64,000 nucleotides of DNA from contig JAYWIR010000048.1 in assembly GCA_036172245.1 (NCBI GenBank), positions 434,001 to 498,000 of the forward strand, read 5' to 3'. The position numbers and the translations under genes are program-made. Source of the DNA: Raillietiella orientalis. Taxonomy: Eukaryota. Below, one piece after another: positions 1 through 12,438 of the stretch (positions are counted from its first letter, which is position 1; every line of letters begins with the position of its first letter). The notes under the pieces were generated by a model. The model ran no database searches. It worked only from the letters and a program-made list of their open reading frames with translations, and was not told where the DNA came from.

Positions 1-299
1 AATGCTTCGAGTTTTGTTTCTAAAAGGTGTCTTCCTTCCATCCAGATGCACCAGTAGCCAAGGTCCCGCAAGACTGTGCTGCGTTGCTCTCAGAGCGCAA
101 CATGGATGGGTGGCACAGGGGCAAGTGCTAATCGGAGAAGCCAGGATGCTTCAGAAGAGAAACTTTCAGTTCCTTGTGACCGATTCTTGCTGCCTTGAGG
201 CAGCTGGGCTGATCGCTGACGTGAGTGCACCGAAACCAACTGGTTCAAATTCATTTGCGCCAAAGCAACAAAACGTTGCTTTGGTCATCAGATCAAGGT

Positions 300-1630
300 G
301 TCGTTGAGAGGTTTGAGGAGCAACGTGCCGATCATGCATCTCGATGCTGCTGGGTGAGTATTATCGTGCGAGATGAGAGAAATGATCTCCGAAATCAAAG
401 TTGCAAGAAACCCAAATGATGCATTGGATTTTTCGCGCCATTACGCATTCCAGAAAAACTCTGCACGGTGACTCGAGCTGCAGCTGCTAACTGAAGGAAG
501 AAAAGGCACCGGAGAAGCCATCAAGAGGAATAAGCTTCTCCGAAAAGTTAGCAAGCGTCGATGAAAAAAGACATTAATTCAAGAAATCCGTCTTTGCAGA
601 TTCCTTCCCATTTGTTTGGTGATGGGAGAGCTCCAACTCAAGAAGATCTTGATGATGCCGATGCTAATTGAAAGCCGCCAGAGACCAGGCGAAGGAGAAA
701 TACAAGAGAATGATAAAGATGTTTATCTTCATCGTCTCCATAGTCTGTTGACACTCGCAGCTTGGGTACCATCCGTACAGGAATGAAAAGAGGTAACGAA
801 AAGAGTGATGAGCCCATAGAGAATTCATTCTGAAAATAGGGGTCAGATTGCGCTGATGCAGAAGGGCGATGTGAAGGGGTTGGGCTGGCTGTGCTGTCGG
901 GACTCTGAACGGACTCTTGTAGGAATGAATTTTATGAATGACGGGCCTCTATTGAAAAAGCTTGGGCGCAAACCATCGATTTCAGAGTCTCTTTTAGCTT
1001 GCTTAAAAGTTGGAGCTATGGATGACGAAAAATCATCTTTTCTTGAAGCAGTTTTCAGAAAAGCAAATCTCTTGTTGCTAACGTTTCTTTTTTGAGCTAC
1101 AGAATCCGGTTGTTGCGAACGATCACCACAAAATCCGATGGCGGAATCACCAATTTGACACCGGGAGCACCGCTTCTGGACCAAACTGGTAGCTCGCTGC
1201 GTTCGATGTTTTGGAAGATGGCATAAGATAGGTACAAGGATATGCATTTGAGAGCAGCATGCTGCAAACATCCGCGAGGGCTTCCTCTGGAGGAGTACCG
1301 AATCGTCTTTTTGATGGATGGTTTCTAAGCAGTCCGGATGGAAACCCACATCTATCTTTCGCTTCAGTTTTATATGAGTGGATGGAATTAAAATTGCAAG
1401 ATCTCGTTGGAATTTATTCTCGAGAAGAAGAGAGGAGAAATATGACATCTCCGTCCAGAGTTAGCTGTAAGCCACCGTACAAGAAATCGACTTCCGGGAA
1501 TTCCTGAGAGAGAAGAAATATTTGAGAAAACAATCCGTGGTGCGAAACAGTGTCTCACTGTGTTTGATAGAAAGAGAAGTCTATCGGCATTTTTCTTTAC
1601 GGGGATGCTGCACATGTTTCCCTCCATAAA
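300..1630 (+). pseudogene. Decayed NACHT/NLR-like gene relic (possible N-terminal death-fold, winged-helix region)
   Basis: Cross-frame motifs ANLLLLTFLF (~1065-1092; cf. NACHT PLLL), EIDFREFLREKKYL (~1482-1523; cf. H.S.QEFLAA.YL) and AFFFTGML (~1587-1610; cf. V..F..GLL), in the expected order. Many stops and frameshifts; no clear Walker A. Confidence 0.3.
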
Positions 1631-2379
1631 ACCTCCTCAATAAACCTCCATCGCAGCTCTAGAAAAAAAACAACAACAACTGCAGATTCAAATAATTCCA
1701 CGGCAATAATTCAAATTTTTCTGCCTCTTTCAGCAAAAGCAAGATATTTTTTTTTGATGGTAAACAAAACAAAACAGAACCAAAAAAAAAAAAAAAACAC
1801 TACCTTCTGGATCGATCATTCGTTTTAGAAGTTTGGAAATGTGGTACTCAGTGTGAGATGCAGGGAGGTTTCAGAAACCTCGCGCTCTGATGCAGTCAGC
1901 GTGCCTAACGACACCAGCAGGCTGTTCCTTGAGATCCCAAACATTTTGCTTGGAACCTCCAACATTCCACCTCATAACATTTTGTGCATAAAACACGGGA
2001 TAAAAACGTGAAGAATGGCATTCTCTTCCAGAATGGATCGGACTTTACGCTGCTTGCTCTCAGACTGCCTCTACTCTTCCTGTTTCTGAACAGCTGAAGG
2101 AGAACGAAGCGAAGTGCTTTTTTGGAAGTTCCCCGACCTCGAATGACCAAGCTCAACGGGTAAAGAGAGGGAATTGATCGAAGAGGAAACTGATACGATA
2201 TTCGGGACCACTTTCAGAACGAGTTCAACCCCTTTTTGCCAACACACCTCGCACATGTTCACTCCTCGTGCCTTCCCCCTCCCCTCCAATAAAAACAAAC
2301 CCCTCGAAACCGAGCTACATTGCTCCAGGAAGCAATGTGAGTCTCACTATTTCGAAACGTTACCTTGAACTACAAGGGT

Positions 2380-3130
2380 CATCAAAGTACTCAGCAGGGC
2401 AGCCGTAAAGCGCCATACCGCTCGAAGAAAATACGATTCCAGGACTCTTTGAGGTGAAAGTCCTCGAGGGAACTCAAGGAAGGATACGAGAGATCGAGAA
2501 ATCCCATCAAGATTCCATTAATCATGAAGTAGTGGGTCTCGATTCCTTGGGGAAGGGTCAGATGGAGTCAGAAAGCAAACGCGAGACTGGAAGCAACGAA
2601 TTGACCGATACGAGCACAGTGGTGTCAGGAAAGAAAACCCAACTGATAAAAACCAAACGACTCCCGAGGATCCTCAGGACGATGCTTTTGAGGACTGCAC
2701 ATCGGACGATGTTTTGAACAGTTCGCCAGATCCTGTTAGATGCAATGTCCAAACCACCGAGGCAGTGCCGAGGACTGCAGCTGATAAAGAGCTCACCGAC
2801 ACCCAGAGGGAACAGCTAATGTCAGGAGCTCTGTCCCGGGAGCCGGCGACCTCTCACATCAACGGGATGGTGATCTAATTGGTGCTAATGGTCAGCTGAC
2901 GCCAAAGATTTCAAATTGGTTCCGGATGGCTAGTGAACTCGGTAAAGGCGTGAGTTCTCTCTCTTGAGAGTTCAGATAGTAATCCGAAGCAATCGTCAAG
3001 GGGCAGAACAGGACGAGAGCATCTTCCATAATTCGACGGCGCTGCCGTCCCTCTCGGAGCACTTGAGCTCGACCCTGACCAGTTTCGAAAATGGATTCAC
3101 GAATGGTTGGCTCATTTCTCACTGGGGAAA
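2380..3130 (-). pseudogene. Decayed leucine-rich-repeat-like coding relic
   Basis: Minus-strand fragments LWKMLSSCSA..LLRITI, NLKSL and FLDLSYPSLSSLEDFHLKESW resemble LxxLxL repeats; frameshifted. Confidence 0.22.
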
Positions 3131-3354
3131 CTCCTCCTTCCTTGCAAGATGCGCGGAATAGGTACGATCGATTAGGGTACGAGGAAACTCTGCCAAAACA
3201 CCTCGCACATGCTCATGTGGACAAAGCACTCCAGTGCTCGGGTGGAAGAATGGCTGCTTACTGCATTGGCCAGCGAAACAACCCGTACCCTCGTTTTTTT
3301 TTTTTTGCAGACGTACGGATTCTGCGGACTCTCCATGAAATTGTCATTGCTGCT

Positions 3355-4190
3355 ACTTAGATGAATTCAAAATGCAGTACGAAATTTGTTGGATGGGAAG
3401 TACTGAACAAGTAGTACCAATTCCCACATCATAGAAAAGCCACATGAACCTTTTATAGATGGTGTTTTTGGAAACTGTTCCACCGAATGGTGTCAGGACG
3501 TGCAAAATTTCTATTCTTATGACAGCATGGAGTTGGCTCCAGCAATTGGAACCATTGCAATACGTGAAGACCATCACAATTTCATCTTTGCGAATTTGAA
3601 AAAGCACCCTCATCGTAAACATTTTTGTTCACTTGAATATGATCCTCACAAAGACACTCTCATTTAGAATGGACCCTTACTTGCAGGACTTTAATCCACG
3701 GTGGGTTTCAGTGTCCACTTTTTGTGAGATGATGCTCTGACCCGAATTTTCAGTTTTGCCGTGGACGGATGGTGTCTTCGTCCTTATGGAACGCAGCATC
3801 CTCACAGCCGTCCATGTATGCGCTTCGTTCATAGCCCGAATTGGTTTCTCGCTGCGTGCTATAGTGAGTCAAGATCCGAGTCCCGGAATGCAGGCTGGCA
3901 GAAAGATTGGCAACTTGTTTAAAACCCCCTAATATGCGCCTTAGAATTCCTATTAAGCTCCGGCATGTATACCGGAAGATACTCGGACCACAAGATGAAA
4001 AAAACAGGTTCAGAATTAAAATGTGACATCTTCCTCCATGAAACCAATGATGCTTTGCTTGCTGGAGTGCCCAGAGTACGATCAGAAAGTTTCTATGGTC
4101 AGTTAAACACTTGGTTCTCAACCCAATATCCTTAAGATTTGCCTGTTCTTTGTCCGATAAACAAGAGGCACCTTTTCTTGCAGGCAGTAG
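3355..4190 (-). pseudogene. Decayed AIG1/septin-like P-loop GTPase relic
   Basis: Minus strand: LLFIGQRTGKS (degenerate P-loop, ~4135-4170), then DIGLRTKCLTDHRNFL, IRKDEIVMVFTYCNG..LHAV and FMWLFYDVG. The order matches my recollection of the expanded AIG1/septin-like GTPases of aquatic animals (G.TG.GKS ... FG.D...N...FTF.DG ... FW..G). Confidence 0.38.
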
Positions 4191-4899
4191 ACCGGTCCAT
4201 TGCATGCTTCGGACCAGTGCTTCAGGCGACGATGCCATCCCGGCGTAATGCTTCCGTCGATGATCACTTCGCGAGCGAGCACATCAGGTTGAGCCTGAGG
4301 ATTCCAGGCATTTCCAGTGGTTTCCGGCTTTCGATTAGACCCCGCTCGCTGCTGGCGAGCGGATGAGTCTCTTCCCGAAAGCTGTTTCGATCACACCACG
4401 TTGGCTCAACATAAGGGAATTCGGACTCTCGGTCGCTTCAACGCGTTCCATACCCGCCTCCATCGAGAAGGGACAAGCAGCTTGGGATCCACTTGTTTCG
4501 CATGGGTAATCGCAAACCCTTCAAAGCAAGAGCAGCTTTCGCATCAGGCACGAGGACAGGAAACTTTCTTGATGAGGGAGAACGAGAGGAGGAGAAAAAA
4601 GTAACCATGAAAGCAGAAGATTGAGAGCTGACGCGGAGCTGCATGCTGGAAGATCGAATCCCCTATGAAGGAAAGAGCTCAGAATCCTGACTTCCTGTTC
4701 AAGAGCATGATGACAACCGTCCACAGCTTCAGAGAGCGCCTATCAAAAAGCATTCTCCCTCTCTCAGGGACTGAAGTGCCCTCTGGAAAGCCATGTGCTC
4801 AAGGGGGAAAAAGGATCTTTTTTAGAGATTGAGCAGGCGACGGCCGAAGTTTCAGGCTAAGCCATTGAAGAAACGAAAGAAGGCAATTGAAGGTTCTGA

Positions 4900-6430
4900 T
4901 TGCAATCAAATATTAATACAATTTACAATTGTTTGGTGTACGACAAATCTACTTTTGAAGTTCGGGCTCTCGACCTTTCGCTTGCCCCAGAGGGTTTTCT
5001 CGGTCAAGGCACGCTTGCTTCCTCGACTTTTCAGAGTTGTGCAGGTCGCTGGCTTCCAACGGTCTTCTCCTAGTCTCTTGAGGGTCTCCTGGCAGGTGTC
5101 CAGTAGGTGTCTCAGGAGTGTTGGATGTTCAACGACATCACAAAGTCGGTCAGGGAAATTGCACATCTCAGGAGAACTCGTAGCCGCAGAAGATGTTAAG
5201 CTTGGAATGGAAGGGTACCTCATGTGTGAAATCGAAGAGCGGACGCTTTCCGTAGTCAGTCCGTCCTCGGAGTGAACTCTCCGTCCGGATCTGGCGCTCA
5301 GCAAGCGGATACGAACAACAGGGCATCTGACGCATCCAGAGGTGAAGAAAGGAGATCCCGTACGAGGGCCTCGCTGCCTCCTCGACGACCATGGGCATTC
5401 CTTTGACCGTGAGACTGAGAATAATTGGCCCCCTAGGGATGCCCGAAACGAGGAGGCTGTGGGAGATCGGGGAGTTTCGCGCTACACCTCTACAGAATGA
5501 GGCGCTTTCTGATTTCCCCCTAACATCCAATACGGCCGCGATACACACTGGACCGATTGGCTGGGACATCCACCCGTTGAAGGAATCTTTCGGCCCGGGA
5601 AGAACTCATCCACCTATGCGGATGTGACCCCCCCCGCTCAGTCAATATACAGATCTGGTTCGTACCCGCTCTTGGAATTTCCAGCTCTTGCAGAGCGTCG
5701 TCGCTCTTAAAGTATCATATTTGGCTTCCACGCACCTTCTGGAATGCCGCCGTTGAGCTTATCAATGGGCTGTGGCGGCATGAGCCGAGCACGGTGACGC
5801 AGTGCTCATTTGTCAGCGGGGAATGGGTCTCAGAGACGACTCCACGCAGGGTGTTTCTTGGCTTCTGGATAGGAATCCCATGACACCAAGGGGCCGTGCC
5901 TTCTGCTGCAGAGATGAAGGGGTGGAGAGTCCTCGATGATGCAAGATGCGAGGCAGCGCCTCCTTCCATTCTTTCTGGTCACGACTTCGAGACCGATCAT
6001 CCAGCGTGTTCATCTCCCGTCCACCGCTTCTGGCTCCCTGATGGACAGGAAATCACGGACGAGCGGCGTGGATAACTTGCAGTCCCTGAGGCGTTAGGTG
6101 GTCGCGCGGCCAGTAGAAAATGGCTTCAAGCCCGGTGCATTCCGATACGCAGCACATGGCCTCTCCCTGGTGAGGTTGCTCGTCGCTGAGCATCTGCTGC
6201 GCCTCTCCACGCTGGATGGAACGAGGACGGAGGTGTTCTTTTGCTGCGGCCGCCAGTTGTTTCTTTTATTGGATCGTGGATTTGGTATCGTGCAAACGAC
6301 AGCGCTCACGTGCATCCTAGTAAGATGGCACGGTATCCACCAGTGAAATCACAGCTTTCCGCTGGAGTCGGGATGCGTTCAGTGGTCGAGGTGTTGCCTT
6401 GAGAAACGCGGAGAAAAAGCATTCTTTTTC
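4900..6430 (+). mobile_element. L1/Tx1-like LINE ORF2 remnant (post-RT region to zinc finger)
   Basis: LSTFRLPQRVFSVKARLLPRLF (cf. LS..GRV..K..LP.L) at ~4965-5035 and a degenerate C..C/EHLL..C zinc-finger near 6160-6210. Confidence 0.55.
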
Positions 6431-8059
6431 CCACCTGAGGCATTCTGCCGTTGTGCCTTCTGGTTTTCGGCTATTTTCGGTGTGCTGGGCTTGCTCTGAA
6501 GCCCCTGGAATCCTGGTTGCGCAGGCGCCTCCATCTATACAGACTGCCAGAGATGAGCCGTGAAATGCATTACCGCTCCGAGGCGCCGCCGTTAGGAGCT
6601 GTCGCGACCGCCGATCCCTGAGGCGGCGTGGAGAAAGGACCTGCCCAGCTGAATTCGCAGTCGGAGGAACACGTGTCGTGCCGAACGACCTGCTCATCCG
6701 TGCACGCGTGCAAAAATGCCCGAGCTGTGAGACCATGCATCTCGCGCGCCAGCGTACGTGCTTGAACACACGTACGCTTGCACGAGGGAGTGCGAGACGC
6801 GCGCGGCTGCCGTAGGAGAGGGGACGGCTTCGCAGAACGGGGAACGGAAGATGGAACAGAGGGCTCGTGCTGGCCATATTTTGAGGAAGGGTGACGGTAA
6901 GCTGACAACGGTTGCAGAGGAATTTGCATGTTACCGAAACGGAACTGCTAGGAGCTCGCAAGAATTTCCTCGGAGGTCACAATGACAAAGAGAAGGAGGC
7001 ATAGCTCGAAGAGCAAACAGAAGTGATTCATCCGCGAGGCGTGACGCCACGAGGGGCAAAAAGGATTTCCGTGGTACAGGGAACCAACTCTCTGCTTCCA
7101 TAGAAAGTTATCTCTGTGTGTTTACCCACGAGACGTTCGACAGAAAGTTTTCCCTTTGTTTTCACTTGGGAATGGCAACGGGAGCAAACAAAGACTTTCA
7201 CTGTCCCTCCGAAAATGAGCTCTTCCGTCCAGCTACGCTGCACACCACACATCCGCGATTAAGAGGATTCATTTGGCAGCTACACCCCATAAGTTCCTTG
7301 TGCCCGCGCATGTATCTTTCGTCAGTGAGGACATTCCTTCTCCTCGATTATCGGGATGGATGGTGCTTTGTGGGAAGAACGAACGCAAATGAGTTTTCGT
7401 GCCTTAGACGCAGCCGAGGTGGTCGAACTACTGGCAGAAAGGTCGCCAGGTTTTCTGCTAATTCTGCTCGTACATTCCAGACCAGCTGTGAGCTCTGACG
7501 GAAGCGCATCAGGGTTAGCGTAACACTCCCCCTAAAATCCTCCCCGTAAAGTAGAGCTTTGGGAAGGCAAGGGAGTTAGTAGGCAAGAGGTGACCGAAGG
7601 AAGCTCCTGAATTGGTCGAGGAAGTTCGCACCACGCCCAAAAAACAAGGATCCGTCCAACTGGACTGTTAGACACACGCTGGAAGTACGAAAATGCCCCC
7701 GATGCCGGACAAAGCTGATGTTCGTTACATGAGAACGTTACTGTTCCGAAAAGGAAGGAGGATGTGCCTCTAGAGACATGAAACTCTCCTTTTGGTGTGA
7801 TCTTTGGAGGAGGAGACTACCCTTCCCTCCATCATCAAGACTAGCTGCTGAGCTTTCTCTGCCTGCTTCCTGCGGAGGAATAAGAACCGCCCATCCTTCC
7901 TTGTGTGGAAACAAGTGGTGCAACTGCTCGGAAACGAATCTGCTGCATGAATCGCAGCAAGGAGGCGGAAGACCCCAAAACGGCTCATTTCAGTCTCCTG
8001 TATTTTCAAGTTCGATTGCCGGCAGCCATGCTGCCCGCTCACGCTGATGTCACGCCACG

Positions 8060-8900
8060 AAGCTTGATTCGAGGCGAGACGCGTTTAAGCTCCGTGCCCT
8101 GAAGGAGTCTGGAACTGGCAGTGCTTCCTGCGTCCACTGCCTCTGCAGACATCTTGCAAAATCTCTTCCTCCTTCTCAGAGCGTTCCATATCAAGTCCAA
8201 GACTCCTACAGTCTGAGCAGCTTGCAGCCGGCCGGACCAAAGCCTCGCAAAGTGGATGTGTGGGAGTGATGGTTGTAAGTGGCTCACCCCGTATAAGAAA
8301 AGCGACTTCGGAAGAAGAAAGCGCACCTTGAATCATTCGTAGAAGACGATTATTCGAGTCTTCGAGAGAAAGAATTGAGACAGAAAGTGAAGGCTCTCTG
8401 CGCAGCCGTAGGGTCGTGGAACGAGCATGGTTTCTTCTTCCGGATCCCCGAAGGAGGAGAGAGGAGATTCTTGCTCAGGGAGAGGCCCTTGTCCGCTACT
8501 GCCAACTGAGATGCCTCCGAAGAACCCGATTGCATCTTTTCCATTCCACTGAACAAGAATGCTCGGAGGCAGGAGACGAAGAACACGTGCAGCCGCCTGG
8601 AAGAAGCGCTGCTGCTCCAGCACGACTGCTGCCAGCCTCTCGGGGAATCTCTGCTGCGGCGAGATCCGGGACAACAGGAGCCTGCCTGCTTCCTAAGGTG
8701 CACCGACAGCGACGCCTGCTGCACCGGTCGCGCGCCTCTCCCGGAGATTCGCTCAGAGTCCGCGAGGCTGGACCGACCGCGTTCGGCCGCCGTCCTTCCA
8801 GTGGCGCGCTTCGGCCTGCCCGGGAACGAGGAAGAGCCGTACACGAGATTGGCGTGGCTCTGTCGATGGCTCTGTCTGATCGATGGCGCAAGAGAGGGTC
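8060..8900 (-). pseudogene. Decayed Mab-21/cGAS-like nucleotidyltransferase (cGLR-like) relic
   Basis: Cross-frame minus-strand motifs in the order typical of the Mab-21 C-lobe: ANLVYG/PGQAEARHWK..R.R (cf. D.V.A...WP..A..W..R.R), SVHLRK (cf. G.HLV.K), RGWQQS..S (cf. EWR.SFS), CLRAF, and LLRMIQGALSSSEVAFLIRGEPL (cf. LL..L..AL.....P.FF...NL). Confidence 0.4.
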
Positions 8901-9699
8901 TGCTGAGAAGAATGGCCGTCTTTTCGGACTTGCCAGCTGTCCACCTCGCTGGCGCGCTCCTGCCACGTGAGGAAGCAACGTTGACCGCCGGAAACGGGAG
9001 AAGGGGTGCGGGATCGCCATGCCGCTCCCGCCGTGCAAATCGTGAGCAGAAGAGGTTCCAAGGGGAAGGTGCGCAGCAAGGACAATCGCAAACAGGCCAG
9101 GCGAGCACCTGGTTTCCGGCTTTCCCATCCCCTCCCGAATGCAGATCCTGAGAACTTCCCCTCTCCCTTACCCCTGTGAGGTTTGGTCCCTTTTCGTTCC
9201 TAAACGGCACAATTCGGCCCCTTTCATACCGTAAATTTTATGCTTTTCTTTTAAAAGGGCAGCAAGTTAGTTCGGGATGCGCTGCTCTTTTTTTCCGGAC
9301 GTAGATGGAGGATTCTTGCACATCATCTCTGCTGAGGTTCTTCGAGAGATCGCAGCTTCCGGAGGCTGCATCGTACGCAGCTTGTTTCCGAACATCGAAA
9401 AGCAAGGGAAGACGGAAGATGTCGGCTCCAATGCAGACGGTAAGAAAGGGATGCTGGAAGCCCCATAGCGTAGCATGAGGCTAGGGCTGCTTTCATGAAT
9501 CTGCTCGGAGATGAACCGTCCCTGAGATGACATACTGTGGCCATATGTTATGGCCCGCACGTAGATGGTGGCGTCTCAACACGAGGGTTTTACTGATAGT
9601 TTCCTGTCATTCTCCCTCAATCGTGCTGCATGGAAAGCTGAAGGTTGCCACCCGAAAATCCAGGGCGAATCCGCTGTTCCAGGCTCCGCAGCATGAAGG

Positions 9700-10950
9700 A
9701 GTCCATGCGCCAGAGATCCGGCGATGTTTCTGCATGCATATCCTCCCAGATCTAGGTCGTTGGGAGTCATATCAAGGACGCTTCGGTAAATGCACTGCAG
9801 CTCGCTCTTTTAGCAATCAAGGCTTCGAAGACTATCATGGATGCAAGTCATTGCAAGGTTCCTTCCGAATTGCATTTGGAAATTCTCTGCTGCAGATTTT
9901 CTGCTGCTCCTCCAGGTCCATGGACCGATATGAAAAGAGACTTGTGGCTGTGCGTGCGTCACACATGCATCCAACAACGCTGTGCGGCTAGTTCTGGCAT
10001 TTTTCCCATCACTGCAAGCAGAAGCTGCCATCTATGTCAAAAGGTTCTTAAGAAACGGAAACAGCAACCTGACAACTTTGTGTGACGTGCACAAGGAGCT
10101 CCTGATGTACGTGCAATGTTGTTTTCCAAAAAAGACTGCAGAAAGTCTCTTTCAAGCATCACCCCTGAAAGAAAACAAAGGCAACCAATGAATGATCTCC
10201 GCAATGAAAAGATGAAAATCGATCTGGACAGGAGACGTCTCATAATCGGACAGCTGGGAGAAAATATGGGTGTAAAGTACCTTGGTGAGACGGTTTGGAG
10301 CACATTCTGACTCGTGTGAGTCTTGGAATGATTCACGTACCTTGCAGCAGCCATCATCAGAACGGAATGCGGCCCTTTCTGTCTCTTCAGCCTCGAGAGG
10401 ATGAATGGGTCGAAAGGTCAAGGAGGCAGTGAGGAAAATTGTACAATAGATGTCAAGGATTCCGATGCTGAAGTCAAAGAAGTGGAAAAGCAAAGCAGAG
10501 ACTCAGAACCAAGAGCTTCAAGATGCTCGCTACATAAGATGGTGCACTTTTTCCATTCCACGGAGAGTTCCGGATGAGACATTGGTATGACAATAGAGAG
10601 ATGATGCAGCATGATTGGTGGCTCAGTCGTAAGGAAGCCGAAGAGAACCCATCTTGGAAGGAGGAAGCAAACGCGATCTACAAGGCAGAAATGGCTTGCT
10701 TGGCGACCATTGAGGTTTCTTCAAGATAAAGTCATCCGGAAGTCAGAACGGCTCAAGTTTTTCGTAAGCGATGCTTCGCCGCAATTTTGCTGGAATACAG
10801 AGAGGGGACAAAGTGAGAGGCCCTGCATACAACGGTGTGTCTTCAAGAATCACAGCAGACCAGATCAGGTGGCGCATCGTCTCACGACCCTGGGAAATCA
10901 CATTCACCACCATGAGAGCAGTCCATCCTACACCTATTAGTTTACTGGCA
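9700..10950 (+). mobile_element. KDZ (Kyakuja-Dileera-Zisupton)-like transposase remnant
   Basis: Ordered degenerate KDZ core motifs: DRYEKRLVAV/CVRH (~9920-9965; cf. D..GL...CRH), TTLCDVHKELLMYV (~10070-10112; cf. YDV.C.L..Y), SPLKENKGNQ (cf. P.FHA.GH), GENMGVKYLGETVWSTF (~10256-10307; cf. G.G..DGE..E..WS). Confidence 0.45.
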
Positions 10951-11749
10951 CCTGACTCCCCCCTCGTCCTGTCCTCAGTGTGAGGCTTGAACCCTTTCGT
11001 TTCGGGACAGCAAAACCGTTTCCTACAGTGAATTCTTATTCAATTATACTGACGACAAGATTCATTTTGACGAAGAACCCAGACCTTAGTGAACAGATTT
11101 TCTGGATAAAGGAATAAGAGGATGAAAAGATAAAAAGAAGTTCTCTGAAAGCAACTCATCTTCCTTCTTTCCATTTATTTTTTAAGGATGAATGGCTCGG
11201 CGATCCCAGAGGAAAACATCAAGTTATGTGACGCCAACGCTTTTCTTTTTGCTGTAGGGTCTGAACGAAACAAGCTCAAACTTGGCGTCTACTTTCAGAG
11301 AATTGAGCCAATTAGCAAGCGAAGGTCAGTTCGCAACTGCATAAAATGCTCCTCTCTTTTCAGCAATGCCGTTGCATACGGGTGAGATCCCTCTCCCCAC
11401 CAGCCTCCCAAAGTGGATCTCCTTCGTCTCTTTCATCAACTGCAGCTTGTCATCACACTCGACTTTTCCCGATCACCTGATCTTGCGAGATTCGCATCTG
11501 TGTCAGCGATGATCCCTTGCTTGGTCACAAGACCACCTTGCTTGTCTTCCATACGTGGAAGGGCTCGACCACTTGACCGCCGTGGGCGCTTCACTGTTTG
11601 ACCAGCGAACAGTGAGAACCCGTTAGCATCCGTGAGCACTTCGTGTCAAACTTTGAAGTGCGTTCCTGCCCCCTCCGCAGACTTGGAATCCGCCGAGTCA
11701 CCTGGCTAACAGACTGCATGGAGCCACGCCCTCCCTTCACAGTACAGTC

Positions 11750-12225
11750 TCGGGTTTACTCGGCAGTGCCCGCTCCCACCGTCAAGATCTACGCCGAAGG
11801 TGGCGACTCCACAGAGAATTCCTGCCTTCGCACCGCCGCGACCCTCCCCTCGCAGGGACCTGTGCGACCTTCCGGCTCCTACGTGGAAACGCAAGCATCC
11901 AGAAGACCTTTTTAGAGACCTTTTGGAATCTGGAGGCCTGCAGCCAGCTCTTCTTCGCTGCCCGAATCCGACTTGGTGCTGCGAGCAGAGGGAAGGAGCT
12001 TTCATCTCGGATGTCTCCTGCTCCTTTGAAGGTTCTCCAGCGGCTTTGGATGTGACGAGGAGAAGGAGAGAAGGCGGGGTCAGATAGGTAGCGAACTTGT
12101 CTGTTGGCCAAAGGAGGTCCCAGGCCGACCTTGCCGCCACACAATCCGTGAGATCGAACGATGGATTGGACCAGTGAAACGGCGGATTTCCAGGAGGAGT
12201 TCGGCATCCCGTGACACACGTTGGC
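11750..12225 (-). mobile_element. LINE ORF2 3' fragment (zinc-finger region)
   Basis: PTCVTGC...DLTDCVAARSAWDLL matches the C..C...H..DC....W zinc finger of L1-clade ORF2. Confidence 0.5.
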
Positions 12226-12234
12226 GGCTGCGTC

Positions 12235-12438
12235 GGAGGAATTCTAATCATCTTTTTCTACATAATATCTCCAACATACAATGAATTATCTACATTCAAT
12301 ACAAAACCCTTAATTATTACCCCACTCCTACTTCTTATACCCACCCCAAACCAACCTACTTACTCATCCTCATCTTACTCATCAAAAATCCTACTATCAT
12401 TACGAAACATCCCAATAACCTGATTCCTAATGTCCTAC
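12235..12438 (+). pseudogene. nad6: NUMT: mitochondrial nad6 fragment
   Basis: Only 3 G in 12241-12430. In the invertebrate mitochondrial code it reads GGILIIFFYMMSPTYNE...KILLSLRNIPMTWFLMSY, matching the nad6 motif GG.L..F.Y..SL..NE and T..LM.Y, and reads through TGA at 12421 as Trp. Confidence 0.8.

Noticed and set aside
6751..6778. 10-bp hairpin AGCGTACGTG/CACGTACGCT (a similar imperfect one lies near 54178-54203)
   Set aside because: Short and isolated, with no associated element ends or supporting context.
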